A stretch of 64,000 nt of DNA from Candidatus Deferrimicrobiaceae bacterium (lineage in GTDB: Bacteria; Desulfobacterota; Deferrimicrobia; Deferrimicrobiales; Deferrimicrobiaceae). Below, piece by piece: positions 48,607-58,919 of the stretch. The notes below the pieces were generated by a model. That model was not told the origin of the DNA. It saw only the letters and a list, made by a program, of their open reading frames with translations, and searched no databases. The position numbers and the translations under genes are program-made. Numbering within the stretch: position 1 is the first letter of the stretch; every line of letters starts with the position of its first letter. The stretch covers positions 13,302 to 77,301 of the forward strand of contig DASXVV010000013.1 in the NCBI GenBank assembly GCA_036504035.1, in the 5' to 3' direction.

Positions 48607-49950
48607 ATGGCAGAAACTGCGCAGGGAAGCAGCACGCGCACAAGCGAAATAGGGGTCGGAATCGTCGGCTGCGGAACCGTCGGAACCGGGACGGCCAAGC
48701 TCCTGCTCGACAATGCCGAGCTCATCCGCCGGCGAATCGGCCTCCCTGTCCGCATCGTCCGGATCGCAGACGTCGACCTCGACCGGGACCGTGGGCTCGA
48801 CCTTCCACCCGGCGTGTTCACCCGAGATGCGATGTCCGTCGTGCGCGACCCCGCCATCCAGATCGTCGTTGAGCTGATCGGCGGAACCGGCATCGCGAAG
48901 GAAGTCATCCTCGAAGCGGTTCGCAACGGTAAATCGGTCGTGACGGCCAACAAGGCGCTGCTTGCCCAGCACGGGCCCGAGATTTGCGCCGCCGTTTCAG
49001 CCGCCGGCGTCGACCTTGGTTTCGAGGCCAGCGTCGGAGGCGGAATCCCGATCATCCGCGCCATGCGCGAAGGGCTGGCCGCCAACAACATCCAGGGCAT
49101 CTTCGGCATCATCAACGGCACCTGCAACTACATCCTCACGAGGATGAGCGAAGAGGGCAAGGAATTCGCCGATGTCCTCGCCGACGCACAGAAGATCGGG
49201 CTCGCAGAGGCGGACCCGTCCTTCGACGTCGACGGGATCGATTCCGCCCACAAGCTGGCCATCCTGGTCTGGCTCGCCACCGGGCGCACGGTTCCGCTCA
49301 AGGAGATCTATGTCGAAGGCATCCGCGACATCTCGGCGGTCGACATCGCGTTCGCAAAGGAATTCGGGTACACGATCAAGCTGCTCGCGATCGCCAAGGA
49401 GAACGGGAGCGGCATCGAGGTGCGCGTCCATCCGACGATGATCCCGTCGCACTATCTGCTGGCCACCGTCGGGGGCGCCAACAACGCCATCTACGTCAAG
49501 GGAGACTTCGTCGGGTCGTCCATGTTCTACGGGCAGGGCGCCGGCATGCTCCCCACGGCGTCGGCCGTGGTCAGCGACATCCTCGACATCGGCCGAAACC
49601 TGTGCAACGGCACGCTCGGCCGTATTCCCCCGAGCGGATTCCGGGAGCCAGACCCCTCCGCAGCGGTCGGGCTTGCGCCGTTTTCCGAGGTGAAGTCCGA
49701 GTACTATCTTCGGTTCCAGGTGGTCGACAAGCCCGGTGTCCTGTCCCGGATCGCCGGCATCCTCGGGGACCACGCGATCAGCATCTCCACCGTTCTCCAG
49801 AAGGGCCGCGAGGAAGAGAATTCGGTCCCGATCTTCATCGTGACGCATCACGCGAAAGAGAGCGATATGCGCGCCGCGCTCGACGAGACCGACCGCCTGC
49901 CGTTCGTACTCGATCGCACCCGCATGATCCGGATCGAAAACAACCTTTAA
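48607..49950 (+). CDS. hom: Homoserine dehydrogenase
   Basis: NAD-binding GIVGCGTVGTG, the catalytic domain, and a C-terminal ACT-like domain (YYLRFQVVDKPGVLSRIAGILG). Confidence 0.92.
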   Translation: MAETAQGSSTRTSEIGVGIVGCGTVGTGTAKLLLDNAELIRRRIGLPVRIVRIADVDLDRDRGLDLPPGVFTRDAMSVVRDPAIQIVVELIGGTGIAKEVILEAVRNGKSVVTANKALLAQHGPEICAAVSAAGVDLGFEASVGGGIPIIRAMREGLAANNIQGIFGIINGTCNYILTRMSEEGKEFADVLADAQKIGLAEADPSFDVDGIDSAHKLAILVWLATGRTVPLKEIYVEGIRDISAVDIAFAKEFGYTIKLLAIAKENGSGIEVRVHPTMIPSHYLLATVGGANNAIYVKGDFVGSSMFYGQGAGMLPTASAVVSDILDIGRNLCNGTLGRIPPSGFREPDPSAAVGLAPFSEVKSEYYLRFQVVDKPGVLSRIAGILGDHAISISTVLQKGREEENSVPIFIVTHHAKESDMRAALDETDRLPFVLDRTRMIRIENNL

Positions 49951-49971
49951 TCCGAAAGAGGTAGCCATACG

Positions 49972-51027
49972 ATGCATTGGGAAGGGGTCATCCGCCATTA
50001 CCAGGAATTCCTGTCGCCGGTTCCCGACGACTGCGTGGTCACACTGCTCGAGGGCAACACGCCGCTCGTCCCCGCGCCTTCGCTGGCCAAGGCGATCGCA
50101 CCCGGCACCGCGATCTTCCTGAAGTACGAGGGGCTCAACCCCACGGGGTCGTTCAAGGACCGCGGCATGACGATGGCCGTCTCGATGGCCAAGGCGTCCG
50201 GTTCCAACTCGGTCATCTGCGCTTCAACCGGCAACACGTCGGCCGCCGCCTCGGCCTACGCGGCGCGCGCCGGCATGAAGGCATTCGTGCTGATTCCCGA
50301 AGGCAAGATCGCGCTAGGGAAGCTCTCACAGGCGATGATCCACGGCGCCCAGGTGCTCCAGATCCTCGGCAACTTCGACGATGCGCTGACGTTGGTGCGG
50401 GAAGTCTCAGAGAAATATCCGGTCACGCTGGTCAACTCGGTCAACCCGTACAGGATCGAAGGACAGAAGAGCGGCGCCTTCGAAGTCTGCGACGCGCTGG
50501 GCGACGCCCCCACTTTCCATGTGTTGCCGGTCGGGAACGCCGGGAACATCACCGCCTACTGGGCCGGCTACAAGGCCTACCATGCCGCCGGGAAATCGGC
50601 GCATCTGCCGCGCATGCTCGGATGGCAGGCCGAGGGTTCCGCCCCGATCGTCCGCGGTCATGCGATCGCCAAGCCCGAGACCGTGGCCACCGCCATCCGG
50701 ATCGGGAATCCGGCCTCCTGGAAGAGCGCCGAAGCCGCGCGCGACGAATCGGGCGGCTCGATCGGCATGGTCAGCGACGCCGAGATCCTCGAAGCCTACA
50801 AGATGGTGGCAGAGACCGAAGGCGTCTTCTGCGAGCCCGCTTCCGCCGCCTCGATCGCCGGCGTGATAAAATCGTCTAAACAGGGTGTTTTTTCGAAAGG
50901 CGACGTGATCGTCTGCACCCTGACCGGCCACGGCCTCAAGGATCCCGACAACGCGATCGCGCAGTCCGTTCCCCCGGTGACGCTGCCGCCCAACATGGCC
51001 GACGTCGTCCGCGTGCTCGGTTTCTAA
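49972..51027 (+). CDS. thrC: Threonine synthase
   Basis: PLP Lys motif NPTGSFKDRG. 351 aa short-type ThrC. Confidence 0.92.
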   Translation: MHWEGVIRHYQEFLSPVPDDCVVTLLEGNTPLVPAPSLAKAIAPGTAIFLKYEGLNPTGSFKDRGMTMAVSMAKASGSNSVICASTGNTSAAASAYAARAGMKAFVLIPEGKIALGKLSQAMIHGAQVLQILGNFDDALTLVREVSEKYPVTLVNSVNPYRIEGQKSGAFEVCDALGDAPTFHVLPVGNAGNITAYWAGYKAYHAAGKSAHLPRMLGWQAEGSAPIVRGHAIAKPETVATAIRIGNPASWKSAEAARDESGGSIGMVSDAEILEAYKMVAETEGVFCEPASAASIAGVIKSSKQGVFSKGDVIVCTLTGHGLKDPDNAIAQSVPPVTLPPNMADVVRVLGF

Positions 51028-51045
51028 ACAGAGGAGAGGCCCATA

Positions 51046-52254
51046 TTGACGCGAAAATATCTCATCCTGATCGGCGACGGCATGGCCGACTGGCCCATCG
51101 AGTCGCTCGGGGGCAAGACCCCGCTCGAGGCGGCCAGCAAGCCGAACATGGACTTCATGGCGCAGCAGGGAGCGCTCGGCATGGTCCAGGTGGTTCCGGT
51201 CGACATGTACCCGGGGAGCGACGTCTCCAACCTCAGCATCATCGGGTACGACCCTCGCGAGGTCTACACGGGCCGGTCGCCGCTCGAGGCCGCCTCCATC
51301 GGCGTCAAGCTGGCAGCCGACGACGTGGCGGTCCGTTGCAACATCGTCACGATCGAGGGCGAGGGGGCCGACTCCGAGATGTACGATTTCTCGGGGGGGC
51401 ACATCAGCACGTCCGACGCCGCCGAGCTGCTGCTTGCGCTCAAGGAAGCCGCCAGGGAGAAGGGCGTTTCCTTTTACACGGGCGTCAGTTACCGACACCT
51501 GATGGTCTGGCCCGGCGGAAGCGATGCCATGACCACCACGCCGCCGCACGACATCCACGGGAAGAAGATCACCGAGTATCTTCCCACGGGGGAAGGCGCT
51601 GATCTTTTTCTCGAGCTGATGGCCATCTCGCGGGAAATCTTCCCGTCCCACCCGATCAATGTCCGGCGGCGCGCCGAAGGGAAAAAGGAAGCCAACGCCA
51701 TCTGGCTCTGGGGGCAGGGCAAGGCGCCCCGCATGCCGACCTTCCAGGAAAAATTCGGGTTGACGGGCGCGGTGGTCGCGGCGGTCGACCTCATCAAGGG
51801 CATCGGCATCTACGCCGGTCTCGATGTCATCGAGGTCCCCGGCGCCACCGGCTATATAGACACGAATTTCCGCGGCAAGGCCGAATACGCCCTCAAGGCA
51901 CTCGAGACGAAGGACTTCGTGCTGATCCACGTCGAGGCGCCCGACGAGGCCGGCCACAACGGAAGCGCTCCCGATAAGGTGCGTTCCATCGAGCGGATCG
52001 ACGCCGAGATGCTCACGCCCATCCTCGAACGCGCCAAGGTGGGCGACCTTTGCGTGCTCGTCCTGCCCGATCACCCCACACCCGTCAAGATCCGCACGCA
52101 CGCCCAGGAGCCCGTTCCCTTCGTGTATTACCCGGCGCCGCCGTCGATGCAGGAAGCCAGGGGCGCGCGTTACACCGAGGCCGAGGCGAAGGCGACCGGC
52201 TTGTTTGTCGAGACCGGCACGGGGCTGATCGGCCACCTGCTCTCGTCTCTCTAG
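51046..52254 (+). CDS. Cofactor-independent phosphoglycerate mutase family protein (ApgM-like), possible homoserine kinase analog
   Basis: TTG start. LILIGDGMAD and HVEAPDEAGHNG metal-site motifs of the alkaline-phosphatase-superfamily iPGM/ApgM group. Lies immediately after hom-thrC. Confidence 0.8.
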   Translation: MTRKYLILIGDGMADWPIESLGGKTPLEAASKPNMDFMAQQGALGMVQVVPVDMYPGSDVSNLSIIGYDPREVYTGRSPLEAASIGVKLAADDVAVRCNIVTIEGEGADSEMYDFSGGHISTSDAAELLLALKEAAREKGVSFYTGVSYRHLMVWPGGSDAMTTTPPHDIHGKKITEYLPTGEGADLFLELMAISREIFPSHPINVRRRAEGKKEANAIWLWGQGKAPRMPTFQEKFGLTGAVVAAVDLIKGIGIYAGLDVIEVPGATGYIDTNFRGKAEYALKALETKDFVLIHVEAPDEAGHNGSAPDKVRSIERIDAEMLTPILERAKVGDLCVLVLPDHPTPVKIRTHAQEPVPFVYYPAPPSMQEARGARYTEAEAKATGLFVETGTGLIGHLLSSL

Positions 52255-52267
52255 GATCCTTGCGGCC

Positions 52268-52717
52268 ATGGAAAAAGTCGCCACGGTCCGGGTCATCTTC
52301 GGAGATACCGATGCGATGGGAATCGTGTATTACGGTCATTATCTGCGCTGGTTCGAGGTCGGCCGCGCGGAGCTGATGCGCCGCAAAGGGTTCGCCTACC
52401 GGGAGATGACCGAAGCCGACGTGCATCTGCCCGTGATCGAATCCCATGCCGTCTATCGGTCTCCTGCCCGCTACGACGACATCCTCGACATTTATGCCGA
52501 GGTTCGGGAAGTGCGAGGGGTCCGTCTTTGTTTCGGCTACCGTATCGCCCGTGGCGATGACGGGAAGACGATGGTCGAAGGGTACACCGTCCACGCCTTC
52601 ACGGATTCGAGTGGGAGGGTCGTGCGACCCTCCGAACGGTACCGATCGATGTTCATCGAAAACGATGTGACCCGTCATGGGGGAGGGGATACGCTTGGAT
52701 CGCAATCTGGCGCTTGA
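52268..52717 (+). CDS. YbgC/FadM-type acyl-CoA thioesterase (hotdog fold)
   Basis: VIFGDTDAMGIVYYGHYLRWFE signature with the catalytic Asp. Confidence 0.85.
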   Translation: MEKVATVRVIFGDTDAMGIVYYGHYLRWFEVGRAELMRRKGFAYREMTEADVHLPVIESHAVYRSPARYDDILDIYAEVREVRGVRLCFGYRIARGDDGKTMVEGYTVHAFTDSSGRVVRPSERYRSMFIENDVTRHGGGDTLGSQSGA

Positions 52718-53651
52718 GGTTGTCCGAGTGACCGAGGCTGCGGCACTTGCCGCGGCCCGCTGCATGGGGCGCGGCGACAACGTCGCGGCAGACCAGGCCG
52801 CCGTGACCGCGATGCGCAAGGCGCTGGGGGACGTCCAGTTCAAGGGGCGCGTCGTCATCGGGGAGGGCGAGCGCGACGAGGCGCCGATGCTCTACATCGG
52901 CGAAGAGGTTGGGGCCGCCGAGAACCCGCGCGTCGACATCGCCGTCGATCCGCTCGAAGGTACCTCAATCGTCGCGACCGGCGGAAACAACGCGCTGGCC
53001 GTCATCGCCATCGCCGAGGAGGGCGGGTTCCTGCACGCGCCCGACACCTACATGCAGAAGATCGCGGTGGGGCCCGATGCCAAGGGCGTGATCGACATCA
53101 CGGCAACCCCCACCGAGAATCTTCGCCGGATCGCGAAGGCCAAGAACAAGTACGTCGAGGACCTTTGCGTCGTCATTCTCGATCGTCCCCGCCACAAGGA
53201 TCTGATCGAGGAGGTTCGCGCGGCCGGCGCCCGCATCAAGCTGATCGGCGACGGGGATGTCGCCGGCGCCATCGCCACGTCGACGCCCGACACCGGCGTC
53301 GACGTCCTCATGGGACTCGGCGGGGCGCCCGAAGGCGTGCTCGCCGCGGCAGCCCTCAAGTGCCTGGGCGGCGACTTCCAGGGCATCCTCAAGTTCCGCA
53401 ACCGGGAAGAGGCCGAGCGGGCCAAGGCGATGGGGATCGACGATCCCTCGAAGATCTACGCGCTCGACGACCTGGCCCGCAGCCACGTGATGTTTGCGGC
53501 GACCGGCGTCACCTTCGGCGACTTTCTGCGCGGGGTCCGATTTTCGAGCGGCGGCGCCAAGACGGAATCGATCGTCATGCGCTCCCGGTCCCGGACGGTC
53601 CGTTTCATCGAAACGGCCCACCATTTCGAATTCAAGCCTAATTACGACTAA
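52677..53651 (+). CDS. glpX: Class II fructose-1,6-bisphosphatase
   Basis: 324 aa. LALEVVRVTEAAALAAARCMGRGD and DPLEGT motifs typical of GlpX. Confidence 0.92.
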   Translation: MGEGIRLDRNLALEVVRVTEAAALAAARCMGRGDNVAADQAAVTAMRKALGDVQFKGRVVIGEGERDEAPMLYIGEEVGAAENPRVDIAVDPLEGTSIVATGGNNALAVIAIAEEGGFLHAPDTYMQKIAVGPDAKGVIDITATPTENLRRIAKAKNKYVEDLCVVILDRPRHKDLIEEVRAAGARIKLIGDGDVAGAIATSTPDTGVDVLMGLGGAPEGVLAAAALKCLGGDFQGILKFRNREEAERAKAMGIDDPSKIYALDDLARSHVMFAATGVTFGDFLRGVRFSSGGAKTESIVMRSRSRTVRFIETAHHFEFKPNYD

Positions 53652-53664
53652 GGGGGGTCGCGTC

Positions 53665-53874
53665 ATCGCTACCGGCAGGATCGAGATCGACTTCGAGCGG
53701 TGCAAGGCGTGCGAACTTTGCGTTCCCGCCTGCCCGAAAAATTGCATCGAGACAGGCAAGTCATTCAACAAGCAGGGTTATCAGGTCGTCGTGTTCGCCC
53801 GTCCCGACGACTGCACGGGGTGCGCCGTCTGCGCCGAGACCTGCCCCGATGTCGCCATCCGGGTGTGGCGATGA
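53665..53874 (+). CDS. 2-oxoacid:ferredoxin oxidoreductase delta subunit (2x[4Fe-4S] ferredoxin)
   Basis: CKACELCVPACP and CTGCAVCAETCP motifs. There is no in-frame ATG/GTG/TTG between ATG 53494 (deep inside glpX) and the first cluster. ATC 53665, 7 nt after AAGGGGGG, is my best guess for the start. Confidence 0.7.
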   Translation: MATGRIEIDFERCKACELCVPACPKNCIETGKSFNKQGYQVVVFARPDDCTGCAVCAETCPDVAIRVWR

Positions 53875-54950
53875 GCGACATGGCCAACGTCGACGTCCAA
53901 CGCGAATTCGTCAAGGGGAACGAGGCGATCTGTCACGGCGCGATTGCCGCGGGTTGCCGCCACTACTTCGGCTACCCGATCACCCCCCAGAACGACATCC
54001 CCGAATACATGGCCGCCCATATGGGCCCGCTCGGGGGCGTCTTCCTGCAGGCCGAGAGCGAAGTCGCGACCATCAACATGCTGCTCGGAACCGCGGCAAC
54101 CGGCAAGCGTGTGATGACCTCCTCCTCCGGCCCGGGAATATCGCTGATGCAGGAAGGAATTTCCTACATGGCGGGCTCCGAGCTCCCCGCAGTCATCGTC
54201 AATATCTCTCGCTCCGGGCCCGGTCTCGGCGGGATCGCACCTTCCCAGGGAGACTATTTTCAGGCGGTCAAGGGGGGCGGACACGGCGGCTGTCGCATCC
54301 CGGTCCTCGCGCCCCATTCCGTCCAGGAGATGTATGAGCTGACGATGCTGGCCTTCGACATTGCAGACCGGTACCGGACGCCGGTCATGATCCTGGGCGA
54401 TGCGATCATCGGTCAGATGAAGGAGCCCTACACACCCGCCCCGTCCAAATACCCGCCTCCGGCCCCAAAGAGCTGGGCTACCGTCGGGTGCGCGGGCCGT
54501 TCCCGGCAGCACGTCAAGTCGCTTTTCCTGAAGGACGACGACATCGAGCGCCACAATTGGAAACTCGACGAAAAGATCCATGCGATCGAGGCCGCCGAGA
54601 CCCGCGCCGAATCTTATCGGCTCGACGATGCCCGGATCGTGCTCGTCGCGTTCGGCACCGCCGCCCGCGTCTGCAAGACTGTGATCCAGTGGGCCCGGAA
54701 GGAGGGGATTCCCGTCGGGATGATCCGTCCGATCACGCTGTTTCCCTTCCCGAAGCAGCTGGTCCACGAGGCGGCCGGAAAGGCCGATGTCGTCGTCGTC
54801 ATCGAGATGAACACGGGGCAGATGGTCGAGGATGTGCGGATCGCCACCAGCCACCACGAAAAGATCCGGTTCATCGGGAAGCCGTGCGCCATGCCGACGC
54901 CCGACGACCTCCTGGCCGACATCCGCCGGATCGCGGGGGAATTGTCATGA
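53871..54950 (+). CDS. 2-oxoacid:ferredoxin oxidoreductase alpha subunit
   Basis: [32 protein letters not shown]-terminus. ATGA overlap with the delta subunit. Confidence 0.9.
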   Translation: MSDMANVDVQREFVKGNEAICHGAIAAGCRHYFGYPITPQNDIPEYMAAHMGPLGGVFLQAESEVATINMLLGTAATGKRVMTSSSGPGISLMQEGISYMAGSELPAVIVNISRSGPGLGGIAPSQGDYFQAVKGGGHGGCRIPVLAPHSVQEMYELTMLAFDIADRYRTPVMILGDAIIGQMKEPYTPAPSKYPPPAPKSWATVGCAGRSRQHVKSLFLKDDDIERHNWKLDEKIHAIEAAETRAESYRLDDARIVLVAFGTAARVCKTVIQWARKEGIPVGMIRPITLFPFPKQLVHEAAGKADVVVVIEMNTGQMVEDVRIATSHHEKIRFIGKPCAMPTPDDLLADIRRIAGELS

Positions 54951-55726
54951 GCGGCAACGAAAAGCGCGCGTTCGACAGGCCGGTGTTCGAGCGCCCCAAG
55001 AGCCTGGTCGACGTCAAGACGCACTTCTGCCCGGGATGTCACCACGGCATCGCGCACCGGATCGTCGCAGAAGCCATCGACCACTTCGACCTGCGGGAAA
55101 AGACCGTCGGAGTCGCCTGCGTCGGTTGCTCGGTGTTCCTCTATGACTATATCGACGTCGACGTCGTCGAGGCGCCGCACGGCCGGGCCCCGGCCGTCGC
55201 CACGGGCGTAAAAAGGGCGCTGCCCGACCGGTTCGTGTTCACCTACCAGGGCGACGGCGACCTTGCGGCCATCGGCACCTCCGAGATCATTCACGCTGCC
55301 AACCGCGGAGAGAACATCACCGTCATCTTCATCAACAACACAACCTACGGCATGACGGGGGGGCAGATGGCCCCGACGACCATGCTGGGCCAGCGGACCT
55401 CGACGACCCCGTACGGCCGGGAATTCAGCACCGCCGGCTACCCGATCAAGATGGCCGAGCTGCTCGCCCAGCTCGAAGGGGTCGCATTCTCCGCACGCGT
55501 TGCGACTTCCAGCCCGGCCCAGATCCGAAAGGCGAAGGAGGCCGTCCGGACCGCATTCGACATGCAGATAAGGCGCATGGGGCTGTCCGTGGTCGAGTTC
55601 CTCTCGACCTGCCCCACCAACTGGGGGATGAAGCCCAACGACGCGCGCAAGCGCGTCCTCGGCGAGATGATCGACTTCTTCCCGCTGGGCACCTTCAAGG
55701 AACGCAAACAGGCGGATTTCGTATGA
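54947..55726 (+). CDS. 2-oxoacid:ferredoxin oxidoreductase beta (TPP-binding) subunit
   Basis: FCPGCHHG and [14 protein letters not shown]-binding motifs. ATGA overlap. Confidence 0.9.
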   Translation: MSGNEKRAFDRPVFERPKSLVDVKTHFCPGCHHGIAHRIVAEAIDHFDLREKTVGVACVGCSVFLYDYIDVDVVEAPHGRAPAVATGVKRALPDRFVFTYQGDGDLAAIGTSEIIHAANRGENITVIFINNTTYGMTGGQMAPTTMLGQRTSTTPYGREFSTAGYPIKMAELLAQLEGVAFSARVATSSPAQIRKAKEAVRTAFDMQIRRMGLSVVEFLSTCPTNWGMKPNDARKRVLGEMIDFFPLGTFKERKQADFV

Positions 55727-56262
55727 GCCATACCGATGTGATCTTTTCCGGTTTCGGAGGGCAGGGCATCCTGATGGTGGGGAACCTGCTGTCGATCGCC
55801 GCCATGGAAGAGGGGCGGCAGGTCACCTACTTCCCCGCGTACGGCGTCGAGATGCGCGGCGGCACCGCCAACTGTACGGTGGTCATCTCCGATCACGAGA
55901 TCGGCTCGCCCGTGGTCGGGCACCCGGCCTCGTGCGTCGTCATGAACGCGCCGTCGCTCGACAAGTACCAGGGGCTGATGGTCCCTGGGGGCGCGCTCGT
56001 CGTCAACAGTTCCCTCGTCGAAAAGAACGCCGTCACCAGAACCGACCTGTCGGTCCTGTTCGTCGACGCTAACGAGGTCGCACGCCAGGCGGGCAGTCTT
56101 CAGCTCGCCTCGATGGTCGCGCTGGGGGCCTACGCCGCGAAGACCGGCGTGGTCAAGATCGAGACGCTATGCGAATGCCTGCCGAAGGTCGTCTCCCGGA
56201 AATACGAGAAGTTCATTCCCCTCAACATCAAAGCGCTGAAAGAGGGTGCCTCCTTTGCGTGA
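55723..56262 (+). CDS. 2-oxoacid:ferredoxin oxidoreductase gamma subunit
   Basis: 179 aa. [18 protein letters not shown]-terminus typical of gamma subunits. ATGA overlap. Confidence 0.88.
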   Translation: MSHTDVIFSGFGGQGILMVGNLLSIAAMEEGRQVTYFPAYGVEMRGGTANCTVVISDHEIGSPVVGHPASCVVMNAPSLDKYQGLMVPGGALVVNSSLVEKNAVTRTDLSVLFVDANEVARQAGSLQLASMVALGAYAAKTGVVKIETLCECLPKVVSRKYEKFIPLNIKALKEGASFA

Positions 56263-56911
56263 CATCACCGACGACGAATCGATCGACAGCGTTCTCGAAC
56301 GGGTCGCAGGAGAGGCGGGCGAACCCGAGCCCTCCCCCGATGCGGGAAACCTTCCGGTGGGCGAGCACATCCACGCCCTCCGGGTCTCCCGGGGCGAGAC
56401 GCTTCAGCAAGTCGCCGAAAAGACCGGCTTCTCGGCCGCGCTTCTTTCACAGATCGAAAACCGGATGACCTCGCCGCCGCTGGGCATGCTGGTCAAGATC
56501 GCCAATGCTTTCGATACCACCGTGTCGGCGCTGGTCGGTGGACGGGCAGAGACTGCTTTTTCGATCGTCCGGAAGGAGGATCGTAGCACCGTCTCCCGCG
56601 TCGGGCTCAAGGGGGGCGGCAAGACCGAGTACAATTACGAAGCGCTCGGAGGCGGGAAGGCGGGCCGTCGGATGGAGCCTTTCCTCGTCCGGCTTTCTCC
56701 CGACGCGGATCGTAATGCGCCTCGCAGCGTCCACGAAGGTGAAGAATTCCTTTACGTATTGTCGGGTCGGGTCGAGGTCGTTTTGGGCGCCTTTTCCGAT
56801 GTCCTCGATGAGGGCGACTGCATCTATTACGACTCGACGACGCCGCATCACGTCCGTTCGCACGACGACAGGGAAGCCATCCTCCTTGCCGTGATCCATT
56901 CCGGAAAGTGA
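56246..56911 (+). CDS. XRE-family HTH regulator with C-terminal cupin domain
   Basis: HTH segment LRVSRGETLQQVAEKTGFSAALLSQIENR and cupin HEGEEFLYVLSGRVEV...YYDSTTPHH. Start uncertain. Confidence 0.82.
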   Translation: MPPLRDITDDESIDSVLERVAGEAGEPEPSPDAGNLPVGEHIHALRVSRGETLQQVAEKTGFSAALLSQIENRMTSPPLGMLVKIANAFDTTVSALVGGRAETAFSIVRKEDRSTVSRVGLKGGGKTEYNYEALGGGKAGRRMEPFLVRLSPDADRNAPRSVHEGEEFLYVLSGRVEVVLGAFSDVLDEGDCIYYDSTTPHHVRSHDDREAILLAVIHSGK

Positions 56912-56918
56912 GCTTCAC

Positions 56919-57458
56919 TTGAACGCTCCGGGGATCGGCAAGGGGTACATCCAGCTTTATACCGGGAACGGGAAGGGCAAGACCACGGCAGCCCTCGGGC
57001 TGTCGTTGCGGGCCGCCGGTCATGGACTCAAGGTCCAGATCGTCCAGTTCATGAAAGGCTGGATCGATTACGGAGAGCTCAACGGGGTCCGCATGCTGGG
57101 CGACAACGTCCGGATCTACCAAGCCGGCCGGGACACCTTCGTCAATCGGGAGTCACCCGACCCCGAAGATGTGCGGATGGCTCGGGATGGATGGGAACTG
57201 GCGAAGCGGATCATCCTTGACCGCCAGGCCGACGTCGTCGTGCTCGACGAGATCAATTGCGCAGTCGATTTCGGGTTGCTCCCGGAAAAAGAGGTGCTCG
57301 ACGTGCTTCGCCGGAAGCCTGAAGGGATGGAGCTGATTTTGACGGGGCGGGGGGCGACCGCCGGACTGATCGAAATCGCCGACCTCGTCACCGAGATGCG
57401 CGAGATCAAGCACTACTATTCCAGGGGCGTCGATGCCCGCGTCGGCATCGAGCGATAA
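56919..57458 (+). CDS. cobO: Cob(I)yrinic acid a,c-diamide adenosyltransferase (CobO/BtuR type)
   Basis: [15 protein letters not shown]-loop and DEINCAV motif. TTG start. Confidence 0.88.
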   Translation: MNAPGIGKGYIQLYTGNGKGKTTAALGLSLRAAGHGLKVQIVQFMKGWIDYGELNGVRMLGDNVRIYQAGRDTFVNRESPDPEDVRMARDGWELAKRIILDRQADVVVLDEINCAVDFGLLPEKEVLDVLRRKPEGMELILTGRGATAGLIEIADLVTEMREIKHYYSRGVDARVGIER

Positions 57459-57475
57459 AAGAGGGGGGAGAGCAC

Positions 57476-57925
57476 ATGGCGACAGCGACGGCTACACGGA
57501 AAAAGCCCGCAGCTTCGAGGAAGATCGAACGGAAGGTCCGCATCCTGATCGGGAAGCCCGGGCTCGACGGCCACGACCGGGGCGCGAAGATTATCGCGCG
57601 CGCGCTGCGCGACGCCGGCTTCGAGGTGATTTACACAGGATTGCACCAGACGCCAGAGATGATCGTGACGGCTGCGCTCCAGGAAGATGTCGACGGCATC
57701 GGGCTTTCCATTCTTTCCGGGGCGCACAACCATCTGCTGCCCCGCATCGTCGAGCTGCTGAAAGAAAAAAAGCTCGACGATGTCGTCGTCTTCGGCGGAG
57801 GGATCATCCCCGACGACGATATCCCCAAGCTCAAGCGCAAGGGCGTCGATCGTGTTTTCACCCCGGGGACGACGCTCAAGGAAATCGTCGACTACGTTCG
57901 GGAAAACATCCACCCGCGTGCCTGA
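57476..57925 (+). CDS. Stand-alone cobalamin-binding subunit of an acyl-CoA mutase
   Basis: 149 aa. DxHxxG motif in [11 protein letters not shown] and the Rossmann-like B12-binding domain. Confidence 0.88.
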   Translation: MATATATRKKPAASRKIERKVRILIGKPGLDGHDRGAKIIARALRDAGFEVIYTGLHQTPEMIVTAALQEDVDGIGLSILSGAHNHLLPRIVELLKEKKLDDVVVFGGGIIPDDDIPKLKRKGVDRVFTPGTTLKEIVDYVRENIHPRA

Positions 57926-58901
57926 AAAGGGACGGTCGACACTGAAATCGGTCGTCGAATCGGTGCGCGCCGGCGATGTCCGCGCGGCCGCCCGGCTGAT
58001 GCGCGACCTGGACGACGGGCTGCCGGCCGCCAAGCGTGTTCTGCGCGGTTTGTACAAGCATACCGGCCGCGCGTTCATCCTTGGGATCACGGGGGCGCCC
58101 GGCGCCGGGAAATCCACGCTCGTCGACGCCGTGACCAGCGAGCTGCGCAAGCAGGGCAAGACCGTCGGTGTTGTCGCGATCGATCCCACCAGCCCCTATT
58201 CCGGCGGCGCCATCCTGGGCGACCGCATCCGGATGCAAAAGCACTGCCTTGACGACGGAGTCTTTATCAAGAGCCTGGCGACGCGGGGGCACCTCGGAGG
58301 ACTCTCGGGATCGACGCTCGATGTCGTCAACGTGATGGATGCGATGGGCAAGGACGTCGTCATCATCGAGACGGTCGGCGTCGGCCAGGACGAGGTCGAG
58401 ATCGTCAAGGTGGCGCACACCAATCTTGTGGTCGTCGTGCCGGGCCTGGGCGACGACATCCAGGCGATCAAGGCCGGCATCCTCGAGATCGCCGATATCT
58501 TCGTCGTCAACAAGGCCGATCGCGAGGGGGCCGACCGCACGCGCCGCGATCTCGAGACGATGGTGTCGCTCAACGATTATGATGAAGGCGAATGGGTACC
58601 CCCGGTGCTTCCGACCCAGGCCAGCACGGGGGAGGGAGTCGTCGATCTTGTCGAATCGATTGCTTGCCATCGTGCCCACATCTTCGACGCAGAGAACATC
58701 GATCGATTCCGACGTGAAAAGGCCACTGTCGAGTTGCACGAGATGCTGAAGGTGCGCCTTCTCGAAAAAGCGATCGGGGACCTCGAACGTCACGGTCTGA
58801 TGGATTCGCTGATCGACGACATCGCCAATCGCCGGAAGGATCCCTACGGGATCGTCGAGAAAATCGTCAATCACCGGTTCGAGACCCACTTGATCAGCTA
58901 G
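57918..58901 (+). CDS. meaB: MeaB/ArgK-type G-protein chaperone of B12 mutases
   Basis: [10 protein letters not shown]-loop, [19 protein letters not shown] 57918 overlaps the stop of the B12-binding subunit gene. Confidence 0.9.
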   Translation: MPEKGRSTLKSVVESVRAGDVRAAARLMRDLDDGLPAAKRVLRGLYKHTGRAFILGITGAPGAGKSTLVDAVTSELRKQGKTVGVVAIDPTSPYSGGAILGDRIRMQKHCLDDGVFIKSLATRGHLGGLSGSTLDVVNVMDAMGKDVVIIETVGVGQDEVEIVKVAHTNLVVVVPGLGDDIQAIKAGILEIADIFVVNKADREGADRTRRDLETMVSLNDYDEGEWVPPVLPTQASTGEGVVDLVESIACHRAHIFDAENIDRFRREKATVELHEMLKVRLLEKAIGDLERHGLMDSLIDDIANRRKDPYGIVEKIVNHRFETHLIS

Positions 58902-58919
58902 TGATATAATCGTCGGTCT

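Noticed and set aside
53494-53661. ATG 53494 as the start of the ferredoxin delta subunit
   Set aside because: It requires a 158-nt overlap with glpX and a non-homologous R/S/P-rich extension. A strong RBS sits just after the glpX stop instead.
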